64,000 nt of DNA from Mobula hypostoma (GCF_963921235.1 NC_086097.1:113152001-113216000), one strand, 5' to 3'. Shown: positions 35,215 to 48,830, counted from the first letter of the stretch. Notes: a model not told the origin generated them from the letters alone. Numbers and translations are program-made.

Positions 35215-36000
35215 TTGAAGATATTCATCTATTTATTATACTCTACCTCCTTGGTCTTTACCAATAATTGTAATCTTTTATGTGGCCTCACCTCTGTCTG
35301 GTTGTTCAACATGGGTATATCATCAATATTTTATCCTGCTCCAATCACAGAGATGTCATGACCAAGAAAGCACACCAATGCCTTTACTTCCTCAGGATAT
35401 TTGACATGTCCCCATTGACCATATTTATAGATGCACCATTGGAAGTATCCTATACAGATATCCAGATGCATCACAGCTTGGAATGCCAACTGTACTGCCC
35501 AGCACCACAAGAAATTCCAGAGAGTTGAGGACACAACCCAGTCCATCATGGAAACCAGCCACCCCTCTGTGGATTCTGTCTACTTTCTTGCAGACTTGGG
35601 AAAGTAGCCAGGATAATCCAAAACCCTGCCCAAATTTTGCATTCTCTCTTCTCCCCCAATTCCATCAAGCAGGAGATACAAAAGCTGGAAAACATGTGCC
35701 ACCAGATTCAAGGACTGCTTCTATCCCACTGGTGCAGGACTCTTGAATGGATATCTTGCCTGCTGAAGATAAACTCTTGATCTCAAAATCTACCTGACCA
35801 TGGCCCTTGCACCTTTTGTCTATGTGCACTGCACTTTCTCTGTAACTGTAACACAATATTCTGCTCTCTGTTATTGCTTTTCCCTTTGTACTATCTCACT
35901 GTATTTATCATAATGAGGTGTGAAATGATCTGTGTGAATCGCATGTACAATGAAGTTTCTCTCTCACCTTAATACATTTAACAATAATAAACCAGTACCA
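35215..36000 (+). mobile_element. Rex1-clade LINE 3' portion (degenerate)
   Basis: DVMTKKAHQCLYFLR, ACCAGATTCAAGGACTGCTTCTATCCC; 3' UTR ending ACAATAATAAACCAGTACCAA. Confidence 0.75.
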
Positions 36001-36919
36001 ATATCCATCAGTTGGTCAGGTGAGAGAATTGGCTATCCACCACAAAGAAGATAGTGTAGAAGTAACGGTGAGGTAGAAGATTAGTAAGCGCTGAATCGTC
36101 ACACCATCTACAGTTCATGAATAACACCCCATTATGGTTTGTGGGTAGGTTTAAGCCTCAATGCTCTCTGCATGGTTGTCAATCACAGAATCCCCGGCAG
36201 CACACCAATAATGGATCGCACCCTCCTCCAAGTCACTAATCTGATGGATATGCTATTGTTAGTATTGATTTTGAAAGGAAAGCATATTGGTGAATCTGCT
36301 GCAACATGTCTGGTTGCTGTGGTTGCAAGAGTTGAGACTGTGGAAGCTGCAAGATGAGGATAGGAATCTCGGAGCACTAAAGGGATGAGAATGTGCTGAA
36401 TCATAGGATTATCAGCTAAGAATCATAATTGACGGAGATTGTTAAGTAAGCAAAAGAGAAGTGTTGCATTGTGCATTGCTTGAGCTTTGGCACAGATTTT
36501 ACCAGATATAATTTGATTTTGTTCTCGCTGATGGATGAAATCACCGAGATTCAAACTGCATCCGCATTCTTGATGCTTAATCCCAGTATTACAGAAAATG
36601 CAGGTTTTCTCCCCCCACTTCCACTTGACTATCTTCCTGGATAGGTTCCAGATGGAAGGCCTGTCCATCTTTATCTCACTCACCAATGTGTCCCATGTTG
36701 TGTCTGAACCATGAGCGCCCATTTTTGTCTGTGATTATTCATGGTGTCATCAGTTGCTGGAAAGGAGATTTCTGAAGTGCCTTGACAGCTTCACTTGCTT
36801 CAAATCATGTCAGCCACTTGAATAGATACCTGCTGAGTCTCTAACACTTGATCTTCATTGGACAGAGGTGCTGTCATAAGACTATAAAACCAAAAACTAT
36901 AAACTATAAAAACTATAAA

Positions 36920-37565
36920 ACTACCCGCCATCAAGGACATATATACAGAAAGATGCCGGAAAAATACCAGCAATATCATGAAGGATCCCACCCACTCTGC
37001 TCATAGTCTGTTTGTAGGAAAGTTAACTTCTACAGATCCGTGCAGAGCATTCCGACTGGTTGCATCACCATCTGGTTTGGGGGGAGGGGGGCTACAGCAC
37101 AGGATCGAAATAGGTGGCAGAAAGTTGTAAAGTTAGTCAGTTCCATCGTGGGAACTAGCTTCCATAGTATCCAAGACATCTTCAAGGAGAGGTGCCTCAG
37201 GAAGGCGGTGTCGACCATTAAGGGTCCCTCTACCCAGGTTATGCCTTCTTCTCATTGTTACTGTAAGGAAGGAGGTACAGAAGCTTGAAGGCATACACTC
37301 AATGATTCAGGAACAGCTTCTTCCCCTCTGCCATCCCATTTCTAAATGGATATTGAACCCATGAACACAACCTCACTCCTTCTTTCTTGTTTACTTCTGT
37401 CTTTGCAATACTTGTTTTAACTTAACTATTAAATATACATATATATACTTACTGTGATTTAGTTTTTTCTGTATTTATCTGTATGAATTGCACTGTACTG
37501 CTGCTGCAAAGTTATCAAATTTCACAACGTATAGTATGCTGGTGATATTCAATCTTAGGCTGATC
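36920..37565 (+). mobile_element. Two adjacent Rex1 3' fragments
   Basis: LPAIKDIYTERCRKNTSNIMKDPTH, then SIPTGCITIWFG..QDRNRWQKVVKLVSSIVGTSFHSIQDIFKERCLRKA; the latter is homologous to 23859-24297. Confidence 0.8.
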
Positions 37566-38339
37566 CTGACTTGCCAGAGTTGCATGTTTGTGAACATGAT
37601 GCAAGGCAAGAAGTAGGTTTATCTGTGATGCCCCTGTCTAAATGACCATCAACGCTGATCATCAGACTAATAGGCCAGGGTCAATTGGGCAGAACTTACA
37701 GGTAGCCAAACACCAGAATGGAATCAGCTTGAAAAGGGGAGAGGCAGAAAACTGACAGTCAAGAAAAGAAAACTTTTAACGATGTCAAATATGAATCCAT
37801 CCCCTTAAAAGTGACCACTAGATGGAGTCTGCATACTAACTTTTTAAGAGATTTTTCAGGAAACAGTAATAATAATAGTTGATAAACTCAGTGACAATAA
37901 TACCAATGCAAAATAAGTCATTAAATACAATATATGCATCAATATTATGAATTTCTAGATTATTAATTTCAGAAACAAATAAGAAATCAGGTGACCCAAT
38001 CAAATACTTTCAACCCATATTTTCCCAGACTGCACTAATCCATATATTTTCTATTTTAAAAAATGGGCCTTCACACGTGCATTGGGAGTATGTACTGAGT
38101 TGCTAAAGTGCCCAGACGATATCTCCATCAAGCAGATGATTGCTTCAGAGAGTGCACAATCACACCAGACTTATAGCTTTCATTCACCAAAACTGATACC
38201 TCAGTGGGTCCAGTTTGGTGGAGAGATAGAGTTTCACTTAGTGGCTTAGCCCATAAGTGATAACCAGCACCCAACAGTGGCAGGAACACCTACATCAGAG
38301 GGCATAACTCTGCCCTATAGCTGTCAATGAATGTCAAGC

Positions 38340-38802
38340 CTCAAGCCCTCTCCACCATTGAGCATATTGACAAGAAGGGCAGCCACGAGGGAGCAGCATC
38401 CGTCGCCAATGACCCCCAGCATCCAGACAGTGCTCTCTTCTTGCTGCACTCTATCAGGAAAGAGGAACAGGAGCCACACCACCAGATTCAGGAACATCTA
38501 TTACCCTACAACCTTCAGGCTTCTGAACTTCACTCACCTGAACTCTGACCTGATTCCACAACTAAAGGACTCACTTTCAAGGACTCTGCAACTCATATTC
38601 TCAGTATTATTTATTTACTTTTTTATTTGCATAGTTTGTCTTCTTTTGCATATTGGTTGTTTGTCAGACTTTATTAAGTGTAGTTTTCATTGATTCTATT
38701 GCATTTCTTTATTTTCCTGTGAATGCCTGCAAGAAAATGAATCTCAAGGCAGTATATGGTGACATATACACACTTCGATAATAAACTTACTTTGAACTTT
38801 GA
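38340..38802 (+). mobile_element. Rex1-like LINE 3' end
   Basis: RSHTTRFRNIYYP, then 3' UTR ending GATAATAAACTTACTTTGAACTTTGAA. Confidence 0.8.
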
Positions 38803-39424
38803 ATAGAAGTTCTGCAACACAAAGAAGGACAAGAGAAGATCTGCAGCATACTGGAAGGCATCCAGACACACTTCCCAAAGGTGCAGAGTCAAAAGTTGTG
38901 GTTGGTGTAAAGCCATAGCCTTTGAGGCAAAGTTCATCCAGCTCTTTATCTCCATGAACCCATGGTTTGCACTGATCTTATTTAGATATGGTGGAGCATA
39001 AGTCAGAGGCAAGCTGACCTGTAAGGAGACTCTCACTGTGGGTTCTCAGTGGAACTGCTGGCCACAAGCAATATATCTTGACCCAATATCATATGGTGTT
39101 CTTCTATTGCTCGAACGAGAGAAGCAGCATCCTTCTTTAAGGCACACATGTTCTAGGCAAACTTAGATGACTTGGGTGTACTGAAAATCAAATGCCTAGT
39201 TTTTATCTACTGTTAACAGCTGTGCAGTTCATGCACGGTAGTACTATGATAAACATTAATGTTATAATAAATTCTCCCAGTAGAAGTTTTATGACTTCAG
39301 TATTAATATTTATGTGTCACATCAAGCGTCTGAAATGTAAATTGACATCATACAAAATGTAAATACTGATGATACATGGAACTAGGAAATCCAATGATGA
39401 AGCTTAGAATCTTGCAGTGCATTA

Positions 39425-39985
39425 ACAGGGACTTTGGCCCATCAAATCCATACTGATCATCAAGCACCCAATTACATTATCAATCCCCATAGGTTCCCAT
39501 CAATTCTGCCTCAGATATTACCACTCCCCAACACAAAAGGCACAATTTACAGTTGCTTATTGAACTACAAACCTGCACATTTTAAGATAGTCATTTATTT
39601 AGATGCAGCAGGGCCCTTCTGGCACGTCGAGCCACGCCATCTGTCAGTCCCCCAAATTAATCCTAGCCTAATCACGGGACAATCTGCAATGACCAATTAA
39701 GCTACCAACCGGCACACCTTTGGACTCTGGAAGGAATCCGGAGCACCCGATTACGAGCAGTGGCCGGAATTGAACCCGGTTTATGCGCACTGCAAAGCGC
39801 TGTGCTAACCACTACGCTCTCATGCCACCCTGCAGGATGGTGAAGGAAACTGGAACACCCAGGGCCAACACACATGGTCATTGGGAGAACATGCAAATCC
39901 CACACAGACAGCACCGGAGATCTAAATTGAATCCAGATCTGGAACTGGGAGGCAGTACTTTCACTAATTGTGCCATGGTGCAGGG
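39425..39985 (-). mobile_element. Older V-SINE interrupted by a younger SINE
   Basis: GGAAACTGGAACACCCAGG..ACACATGGTCATTGGGAGAACATGCAAATCCCACACAGACAGCACC (V-domain-like, minus); CR1-type tail near 39430. Confidence 0.65.
39595..39830 (-). mobile_element. tRNA-derived V-SINE, internally deleted
   Basis: Minus strand: A-box-like AGCGTAGTGG, B-box GGTTCAATTCC, GGGTGCTCCGGATTCC; tail GCTGCATCTAAATAAA. Confidence 0.75.
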
Positions 39986-40473
39986 ACAATCAACTATAAT
40001 CCATCTCTGTCAATGATCCTATAAATCTTAGTCTATGCAAAAACCTAGTAGCCCAACAATCCTAAATATAAACTGCCTTCTTTGCTCTGAACATCAGTAG
40101 TTATTGAAGGTGCGTATTTTATTCAAGTTTAACATCAAATTTAAAGTTAAATTAAATAAATGTAATTTAATTTAATTACTGCCCAATACTTAAAACATGT
40201 AAGGTACATACAGCTTGCTCTTTATCAGAACTCAATGGATGTAAAGTACTTTCAAGGATGATTAGATGTAAATCCTTTACAATTTAGGCATTATAGCTAG
40301 ACAATTAATACCCATCACATCTTTATCTATTTTTCTCCATTATTTAAGAAATTTTATATCTCAGACACTAAACTGTGAGAAAGTATATCCTATAATTATG
40401 AACACATACAACAATGTACCGACTCTGTCCATTCTGGAAAAGCCCTTTCAAAAATTGTCTCAGCAGTCACTGA

Positions 40474-43400
40474 GTCATAGAAAAGTACAGCACGGAAACA
40501 GGCTCTTCAGCCTATCTAGTCCATGCCGAACCATTTAAGCTCCCTTGTCCCATCAACCCACACTGGGACCATGGCCCTCCATACCCCTACCATCCATGTA
40601 CCTATCCAAACTTCTCTTAATTGTTGAAACCAAACAGGGATACACCACTTGCGTTAAAAGCTCATTCCACACTCTCACCACTCTCTGAGTGAAGAAGTTT
40701 TCCCTCAAGTTTCCTGAAACATTTCAACTTTCACCCTTAACCCATGACCTCTAGTTGTAGTCCCACCCAACCTCCGTGGAAAAAAGCCTGCTTGCATTTA
40801 CCCTATCTAAACCCCTCATCATTGTGTATACCTCTATCAAACCTCCTCTGAAGCTTCTATCTTCCAAGGAATAAAGTCCTAACCTATTCAATCTTTCCCT
40901 ATAACTCAGGTCCTCCAGACCAGGGAATACCCTCGTAAATTTTCTCTGTACTCATTCAACCTCATTTACATCTTTCCTGTAGGTAGGTGACCAAAGCTGC
41001 AAACAATACTCCAGATTAGGCCACACCAATGTCTTTTAACAACTTCAATTTAACATCCCATATTCAAAACTTTGATTAATGAGGGCCAATGTGCCAAAAG
41101 CTATCTACCTGTGACGCTACTTTCAACAAATTATGGACCTATGTTCCCAGATCCCTTTATTCCACCACACCTTTCAATGTTCACTGTGTAAGTCCTTCCA
41201 AAGTGCAACACCTCACATTTGTCTGTATTAAATTACATCTGCTATTTTTCAGCCAATTTATCCAGCTGGTACGGATCCTGATGCAAGCCAGGATAATCTT
41301 CTTCGCTGTCCACTACACTCCCGATCTTGGTGTTATCCACAAATTTGTTGATCCAGTTAACCACATTATCCATCCAGATCATTGATATAGATGGCAAACA
41401 ACAATGGACCCAACACTGATCCCTGCCGCTTTCCACTAGTCACAGGGCTCCTGTCAGAGAGGCAAACATCTACTAACACTCTCTGGCTTCTCCCACAAAG
41501 CCAATGTCTAATCCAATTTACTACCTCATCTTGACTGCTAAGCAATTGAACCTTCTTCAACAAACTCCCATGAGTGACCTCGTCAAATGCCTTACTGAAG
41601 TCCATGTAGATAACATCCACTGCCTTGCCTTCATCAGCTTCCTGGTAGTTTCCTTGAAAAACGGTATAAGATTGGTTAGACATGATGTACCATGTATGAA
41701 GCCATGCTGACTATCCTTCATCAGTCCAATACACCTTTTTTTTTGCTTAACTTCAGCTTCAGTATCTTTTGAACACAAAGGTTCTGTACACCTGTTATAT
41801 TTACCTTTTATTCTGACAGGCACACGCAAGCTTTGTACTCTGAAAATTTCACTTTTGAAGGCCTCCCACTTACGAAGTACACCTTTGCTAGGTGTCCCAA
41901 TCCACAGTTACCAAATCCTTTCTGATGTCATCAAAATTGGCCTTTCTCCAATTTAGAATCTCAACCTGCGGGCAAAACCTATCTTTTTGCGTTTTTACTT
42001 CGAAACTATTGGAATTGTGATCACTAGATGCAAAATGTTCCCTTATACAAACTTCTGTCACCTGCTCTGTCTCATTCCCTAACAGCAGATCGAGTGCTGC
42101 ACACTCTCTCATTGGGACTTTTACGTACTGATTAAGGAAACTTTCCTGAACATATTTGACAAACTTTATCTTATCTAGTCCATTTACAGTATAGGAGTCC
42201 CAGACAATATATGCAAAGTTAAAATCGCCTACTATAACAACCTTACATTGCTTGCAACAGTCTGCAATCTCTCTATAAATTTGTTCCTCTTAATCCCTTA
42301 GACTTTTGGGTGGTCTGTAATATAACTCCATTAATATGGTCATACCTTTTTTAATAATCAGTTCCACTCATAACACCTCACGTAATGAGTTCCCCAATCT
42401 GCTCTGACTGAGCAGCCATGATATTTTCCTTGACTAGAAACACCATCCCTCCTTCTTTCATCCCTCCTGCTCTGTCACATCTAAAACAACAGAACCCTGG
42501 AATACTGAGCTGAAAATCCTGCCCCTCCTGCAACTAAGTCTTAATATCATAATTCCAGGTGTTGAACCATGCCCTGAGCTCATCTGCCTTTCCTGCGATG
42601 CTTCTTGCATTGCAGTAAACGCAGCTCAATACATTAGTTGCATCATGCTCAACCTTTTGATTCCTGACTTTGTCTGAGCTCCGAACGAGATCTGTCTCCA
42701 CAACCTCCCCACTATCTGCTTTGGCACTCCAGTTCCCATCCCCCTACAACTCTAGTTTAACCCCATCCTGTGCAGCACTAGCAAACCTTTCCACTAGGAT
42801 ATTAATCCCCTTCCAGTTCAGGTGCAAATGGTCTCTTCTGTACAAGTCCCACCTTCCCTGGAAGAGAGCCCAATGATCCAAAACTCTGATGCCCTCTCTC
42901 CTACACCAACTCATTAGTCACATGTTAAACTGTATAACATTCCTACTTCTAGCCTCACTAGCAGGTGGCGTGCATAGCAATCCTGAGATCAGAACCTTGG
43001 AGGTCCTGTTCTTTAACCTAGCACCTAGCAGCGTGCGTGGACTTTCCGGTGATGAATATCTGTTACCTGTCAAGTAGGGGACCGTGCACAATCCTGATTT
43101 GATGGAGACAGACGTGAGAGTATGGAGGAACATCTGTAAAACTTCTGAAATGCCCGCTTCACTGCCGCTGCTACTGTGTGGTAACCGGAATCTCCGGAGC
43201 AGAAGGCCCCAAAATCCTCGGCTTTGCGTGTTTCAGCGGCCAGGGCGAGGTCAAAGGCGCTCGGCAGAGGATGGCACTCGGGAGGCTGTATCGGAGGGGC
43301 TGTATCGGAGGGGCTGGTCGGAGGCCCGAAGTTTTCGGATGGATGGACTTAGTGTCGGCTGTTGTTGGCTGCTTCCAAGGCATCGGCAAGTCGACGGTGC

Positions 43401-43858
43401 CTGGAGGTTTATGGTAGAGAGTTTCTCCCTTTCGTCGCCACTATCGGGGACTCGGGCGTCAATCGACTCGGGGACTTTTGAGACTTTTTTTTACCATGCC
43501 CATGGTTTGTTCTTCATCAAATTATGTTATTGCTTTGCACTGCTGTATCTATATGTTATAATTATGTGGTTCTATCAGTGTTAGTCTTTGGTTTGTCCTG
43601 TTTTCTGTGCCATCACTCTGGAAAAACATTGTATCATTTCTTAATGCATGTATGCATTTGTAAATGACAATAGAAGAGGACTCACTTTGGCAAACGTTGT
43701 CACTCTTCTATCTATGTCATTCGTACATATATAGACCACACCCTCTGACTGTTCCCCTTCCCACTGAAGAATGCTGAGGACTCGATCTGAGATGTCTCAG
43801 ACCCTGGCACCCAGGAGGCTACCTACCATCTGGGAATCCCGTTCTTGTCCACAGAGAC
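40474..43858 (-). mobile_element. CR1 LINE spanning ORF1 esterase, APE, RT and 3' UTR, with large internal deletions
   Basis: ORF1 RLKNRTSKVLISGLL; APE ALDLLLGNETEQV..EHFASSDHNS; RT AVDVIYMDFSKAFDEV..QGSVLGPLLFAIYINDL, KFVDNTKIG; tail GAGTCATAGAAAAGTACAGCAC. Confidence 0.9.
43031..43681 (+). mobile_element. CpG-rich non-coding retroposon with a Rex1-type 3' tail, inserted in CR1 ORF1
   Basis: GC/CpG-rich body, T-rich 3' part ending TAAATGACAATAGAAGAGGAC; host CR1 sequence resumes on both sides. Confidence 0.6.
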
Positions 43859-44074
43859 CTGATAAATGATCACAGCCTTGTAACTCCTTTATCAAAACAT
43901 TACCCAGCTTCCCCAGTAAAAACTGTAGTTTTTTTTTTACTTTGCTAATTTTGTATTTTTTCTATTTTATCTATATTATCACAAAGTTAATATCCTGGAA
44001 TTCCTTACTTAACACAACAATTACTTTATGATTCAGTGTAAATGCAGATGCTGTATCTCAGGCCAATTAAGGTT

Positions 44075-44465
44075 AGAACAGGGAAAGGCTGAATAGGTTA
44101 GGATGTTATTTCCTGAAGCATTGAAGAATTGCCTGGGGTATAAAAAGTTATGAGGTGTATAAAAAGTTATGAGGGGTATAAAAACAGAGTAAATGCAAGG
44201 AGGCTTTTTCCACTGAGATTGGCTGTGACTAGAACGGGATGTCGTAGGTTAAGGGTGAAAGGTGATATACTTAAGTTGAAACTGAGGGGAACTTCAGATT
44301 GTCATGTTGGTGTAAATTCGATGACAACATTTAAGAGCAGTTTGGATCGTTACATGGGTGGGAGGGGTATGGTCCCGGTGTGTCGATAGGACGAAGCTGA
44401 GTAATAGTTTGGTATGGACTAAATGGGCTGAAGGGCCTGTTTCTGTGCTGTAGTGCTCCATGATG
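44075..44465 (+). mobile_element. CR1 3' end
   Basis: RVNARRLFPLRLAVTRT..TFKSSLDRYM; GGGCTGAAGGGCCTGTTTCTGTGCTGTAGTGCTCCATGA. Confidence 0.8.
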
Positions 44466-45079
44466 AGCTCAGTCTATCCAGTGCCTTAGAGTTAGCCAGT
44501 TACTCGGTAGGGCCAAAGGTCATACATTCAAAAGACAGCTTTATTTGCGTAGCAACAGTCCCTGGCATGTTTGCTCTTCAAATTCTTCAAATGTGGCACA
44601 ATGAGAACATAATTACAGTTTCCTGTACAGAAGTCAATGACGTACACAATCTATAATTAGATAGCACTTTTGGTAATTGTATGGAAGTTCTGATGAAAGA
44701 TCATTGGATGCAAATTATATTATTTTGAGCCAGATGCACTCTGGCTTGATGGGTATTTCCAGATTTTCTCTGCTATGTCAGATTACCAACATGTACAGTA
44801 TTTTTGCTTTGGGATTATGTATGAAAATGCCTGTCTTGTTTGTTTCAAACGGAGCTGAAATGAGGAAGGCATTTCTCCTTGCCAACATTTTGCTTAACAC
44901 TTCCTGGATGTGTGCACTAAAGACACTGGATATTGAATTTTAGGAACTGACAACATAAAGGTTCACAATCACTTAAAGTGACTTCTTGGTTCTGATATTT
45001 TTGAAGCATCTTACTGCAGATACACCAACAACATAATGGTCTTTCTTGTGAGATAGGAGTGTGTTAATCTACAAGAATA

Positions 45080-45700
45080 CGAGGGGTGATTAATAAGTTC
45101 GTGGCCTAGGGTAGAAGGAGTCCATTTTAGAAAACCTAGCACATTTATTTTTCAATATAGTCCCCTCCTACATTTACATACTTAGTCCAGCGGTCGTGGA
45201 GCATAGGATCTTGGACCTTCAGAAGGTGCCCACAGCAGGGGTGATTAATAAGTTTGTTGCCTGAGGTAGAAGGAGATAAGTTATACAGCTCTCGTTACAT
45301 GCATGTGCAGTTCAACTCTTTGAGTGATTATGCAGAAAGTTTGAGGTTAATAACTCTTCAGGGGTGATTGATAAGTTCATGGCCTAAGGTAGAAGGAGAT
45401 GAGTTATTAACTTCAAACTTTCTGCATAATCACTCAAAGAGTTGAACTGCATGTGCATGTAAAAAAGCTGTATAACTTATCTCCTTTTACCTTAGGCCAC
45501 AAACTTATCAATCACCCCTGCTGTGGACCATTTTCTGGAGGTCCAAAACGCTGACTTCTACAAAGAAGGGATCCATATGCTCCATGACTGCTGGACTAAG
45601 TGTGTACATGTAGGAGGGGACTATGTTAAAAACAAATGTGCTAGGTTTTCTAAAATTGACTCCTTCTACCTTAGGCCACAAACTTATCAATCACCCCTTG
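45080..45700. mobile_element. Foldback mariner-derived MITE with five TIR copies
   Basis: TA|CGAGGGGTGATTAATAAGTTCGTGGCCTAGGGTAGAAGGAG ... CTCCTTCTACCTTAGGCCACAAACTTATCAATCACCCCTTG|CA. The right arm encodes the mariner C-terminus DFYKEGIHMLHDCWTKCVHVGGDYVK. Confidence 0.9.
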
Positions 45701-45729
45701 CACATGAAGAGATCTCTACATGCTGCTTT

Positions 45730-46200
45730 TGGGACAGTGATCTCAAAGAGCGCTATCACAAGAAGGCAGCATCCATCATCAATGACCTCCAACATCGAGG
45801 CCAAGCTCTCTTCTTGGTGTTGCCATCAGGAAGGAGGTACAGAAACCTTAGCTCCCACACCCCCAGCTTCAGGAACAGTTATTACCTTTAACTCATCAGC
45901 CTCTTGAACCAGCTTGTGTAACTTCACTCAACTCAATACTGAACTGATTTCACAACCTGTGGGCTCACTTTCAAGGATTCTCCAACTCAGTACTTTTGTT
46001 TAATATTTTTTAAAAAAATTTTATTTGCATAATTTGCCTTCTTTTGCACATTTGTTGTTTGTCTTCCTTTGTTGGGTAGTTTTCATTGATTAAATTGTAT
46101 TTCTTTACTCTTTTCTGAACACCTGCAAAAAAATGAATCTCAGGGTAGTATGTGATGACATATATATATTTAGATAATAAATTTACTTTGAACTTTGAAC
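45730..46200 (+). mobile_element. Rex1-like LINE 3' end
   Basis: KERYHKKAASIINDLQHRGQALFLVLPSGRRYRNLSSHTPSFRNSYY; tail TTTGAACTTTGAAC. Confidence 0.85.
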
Positions 46201-46614
46201 CTCAAATGATTCAGGATGCAAGCTTACAATCATCCTAATAGTTAATGAGAAGATATATTGGAACAGTACTGTCACTCATGTGGAAGTTAATCTGTACAAT
46301 CCATCATTAGTTTTCCCATAATCACTATCTAACTAACTCTAAACAGTAAAAAGGCAATGAGATGAAAATACAAATCCTCAGCCATTCATTTTTTCTTAAA
46401 TTTGTGCTTAGAAGAATGAATTTTCAAATTGTCAGATCCTTAGAGAAAATATTCACAGTTCTTATTTCACTGGATGGCAATGGAAAGAAAAATAAAGTTG
46501 TTTTTTTCCTCTTTCATACCACCTTAATGAACAATAGGTTGAAAACCACCCCAATGATATCTAAAGAATTAAATGGAAATCATCCAGTCTTCTCTTACAT
46601 AGGTTAGGCTCATT

Positions 46615-47510
46615 TGTTCATTTTATTGTCAAAGTATGAATGTACAATACATCTCTGATAATTGTCTACTCCAGGTAGCCATTAAATACAGAAAGACCAT
46701 GGGTGTTGATGAAAGAAAAGTCATCAACTTCCCCCTTTGACATGAAAAGGAAAAGAAACAAAACTTGCAGACCCCAAAATCCCCCCTCCCCTGCAGTAAA
46801 ATACAACCATAACAATCACCGACTCCCTCCACATAACATTCCCTTGACAACCCCCCCCCGCCATTCACAGAAAAGCACAGCGACAGTTGCAGCAAACCCT
46901 CACACACAAAATTAATAGATCAACCACCTGCTAATCATCCACAAGAAAGAAAACACTGAAAACCAGAAGGAAACTAATACAAAGCACAGTCCAACACGAA
47001 TCTCAGAATGCGGGAAACGAGGAGAGCAGGGGCACGAACTCACTCCTTCCGGAAAGAAAGACCACTGACCGGGTCCGAATGTTGTCTACCCGGGGCCGCC
47101 CACACCGACCTGGATTCAATCGCTGCCAACCTGAGTGTGATCGCATCCATCTGGCTGCTGACCATCTCTGTTGGGAGCCGTCGCTGACCCCATCTGCATT
47201 CACCGGGATGCTTCACCCTTCCTTGCCGCTTTGAGATGACCCCACGCTTCATCTCTGGTCTTTTCCATGAGTCAGCTTGTGTTCCCGGACATTTTCTGTT
47301 CCCCCTTCTCTGATTTCCATGAGGCAACTCTCTGGACACAGCAAAGCACCGATCGAGTTCCAAGCTGTACGTCACAGGCTCCAACAGTTTCCGTAACTCA
47401 AACAAGACAAAAAGAGCAAGCAGAAAATGTGGAAAAAGTGAAATAATTGGATTGATTTGGCTATTTGAAAGATGTCACCTGAGGAATCGTTGTTCACTGA
47501 CACTATCTTA
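46615..47510 (-). mobile_element. Non-coding Rex1-related retroposon (GC-rich head + Rex-type tail)
   Basis: Minus strand begins AAGATAGTGTCAGTG (a plausible CpG-decayed AAGATGGCG head) and ends GGCTACCTGGAGTAGACAA..ACTTTGACAATAAAATGAAC. Confidence 0.55.
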
Positions 47511-48828
47511 TAACTTTATGTTAGGTATTAGAATTCCCATTCAAATTCAGAAAAAAATACAATGATTTCAGATTCTGAAGCTCTGATTCTGGCATCTACA
47601 AATTTAATGTATAGTTTGCATTGGGGAAAACAACACACAGAAATCAGGCTATCTTTAAATGCTTTATGTCTGACCTGATTTCTAGAAAGCCACTCAAGTC
47701 TACTATAAAAGGTTAAAATCACTTCTGTTGGAATGGATTCCCTTCAGATTCAATGACGGGCACTAGAATGACAGCACACATAGAGGAATAACATTATTTA
47801 AAAGAAATGTACAAAGAATAGAATGAATACGGTAAGGGGTAATAAAAAGAATCAAAATCTAAAACTTCATTCAATTGGGTAGTTGAACATTCACTACTTT
47901 CAACATTGTTCCACTAAAAATGAACTCTATTTCATTATAATTTTACAATCATGCTGCTAGTTCTTAATGGGGCATATCTCCCAATGGTCCATCAACAGTT
48001 CTTTTCAGAACCAGTCACATTTCCAGGTATCTCCGACTGGAAGGCAGGAAAGTTTAATTAAGTGCTTGTTTTTTCCTTCTTCTGATTGGCCCCCCATTTA
48101 TCCATGGAGCCCAAATAAGTCAGTTGAGCCTTCTGCATCTGCAGATGGCCTCCACCACTGCCAATCTGAATCAGCACACCCAAACTTCTGGAACTGTACA
48201 GCAAGTGACGCAATCCAATTTAAATGATTTAGTGAGGTTTGCTCATGACTTCACACAGTGGTTCTTTATAAGCAGAAAAAAACAATTATAATGTGCTCTA
48301 TAAAGAATGAGCAACAGAATCCTGTTTGTTACTAGAGCATATTCTTAGCCTATGTGATCCCAATGTCATCCATAAGTTGCTTCCTGTACAAGTACAAAAT
48401 GCTAAACATTGCTCAAATTAGGATCTAATGTACATTCTATTAAGCTCCATTCCACAACACTACCCAATTATTCTTTTCAAGGATACTTGGACAGCCCTGA
48501 CCTGTAAGGCTACAAAATTAATTTGAGAAGATGGAATTAAGCTGGTTAGTTCTTTCCTGCCTGGCAGATCCACAGTTTGGGTATGATTCCATGAAATCTC
48601 ACACAGTGGAAGTCAGTCTAGATGTGTGTGCCCATCATAATGAGATGCTGCTTTGACAGTCAATGCACTGGATGTTGAGGGAGAGCCTTGAAATATCATA
48701 TGCAAGGAATAATCCAAATATCTCGCTACCTGCTAATGGTACCATACTAGCCATTGGAAAGTTAGGGCCTGTGAATTATGTCACCCTTGGCTTGTTAATT
48801 TTTATTTTCCAGGGAATGTGTGTGTGGG

Positions 48829-48830
<2 letters not shown>

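Noticed and set aside
36430..36800. Possible ancient RTE ORF C-terminus on minus (DTTWDTLV..DR..W)
   Set aside because: Too decayed to call by eye.
36882..36922. Short ACTATAAA tandem repeat
   Set aside because: Low-complexity slippage at a LINE fragment boundary; no further structure.
38850..39000. Faint PIF/Harbinger nuclease-like words (HFPKVQS; also AID near 19770)
   Set aside because: Only a few residues, no continuous frame or TIRs; would need a profile HMM search to support.
43084..43584. 166-aa ORF in GC-rich sequence
   Set aside because: No recognisable domain; lies within a retroposon where GC richness suppresses stops.
45080..45400. Three regularly spaced ~40-bp direct repeats, superficially CRISPR-like
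   Set aside because: They are mariner TIR copies with 80-120 bp intervals that are mirrored in the other arm; eukaryotic context, no cas genes.
48010..48027. Possible 18-nt microexon TTCTTTTCAG|AACCAGTCACATTTCCAG|GTATCT on +
   Set aside because: Weak donor, no supporting neighbouring exons; such matches are expected by chance in 64 kb.
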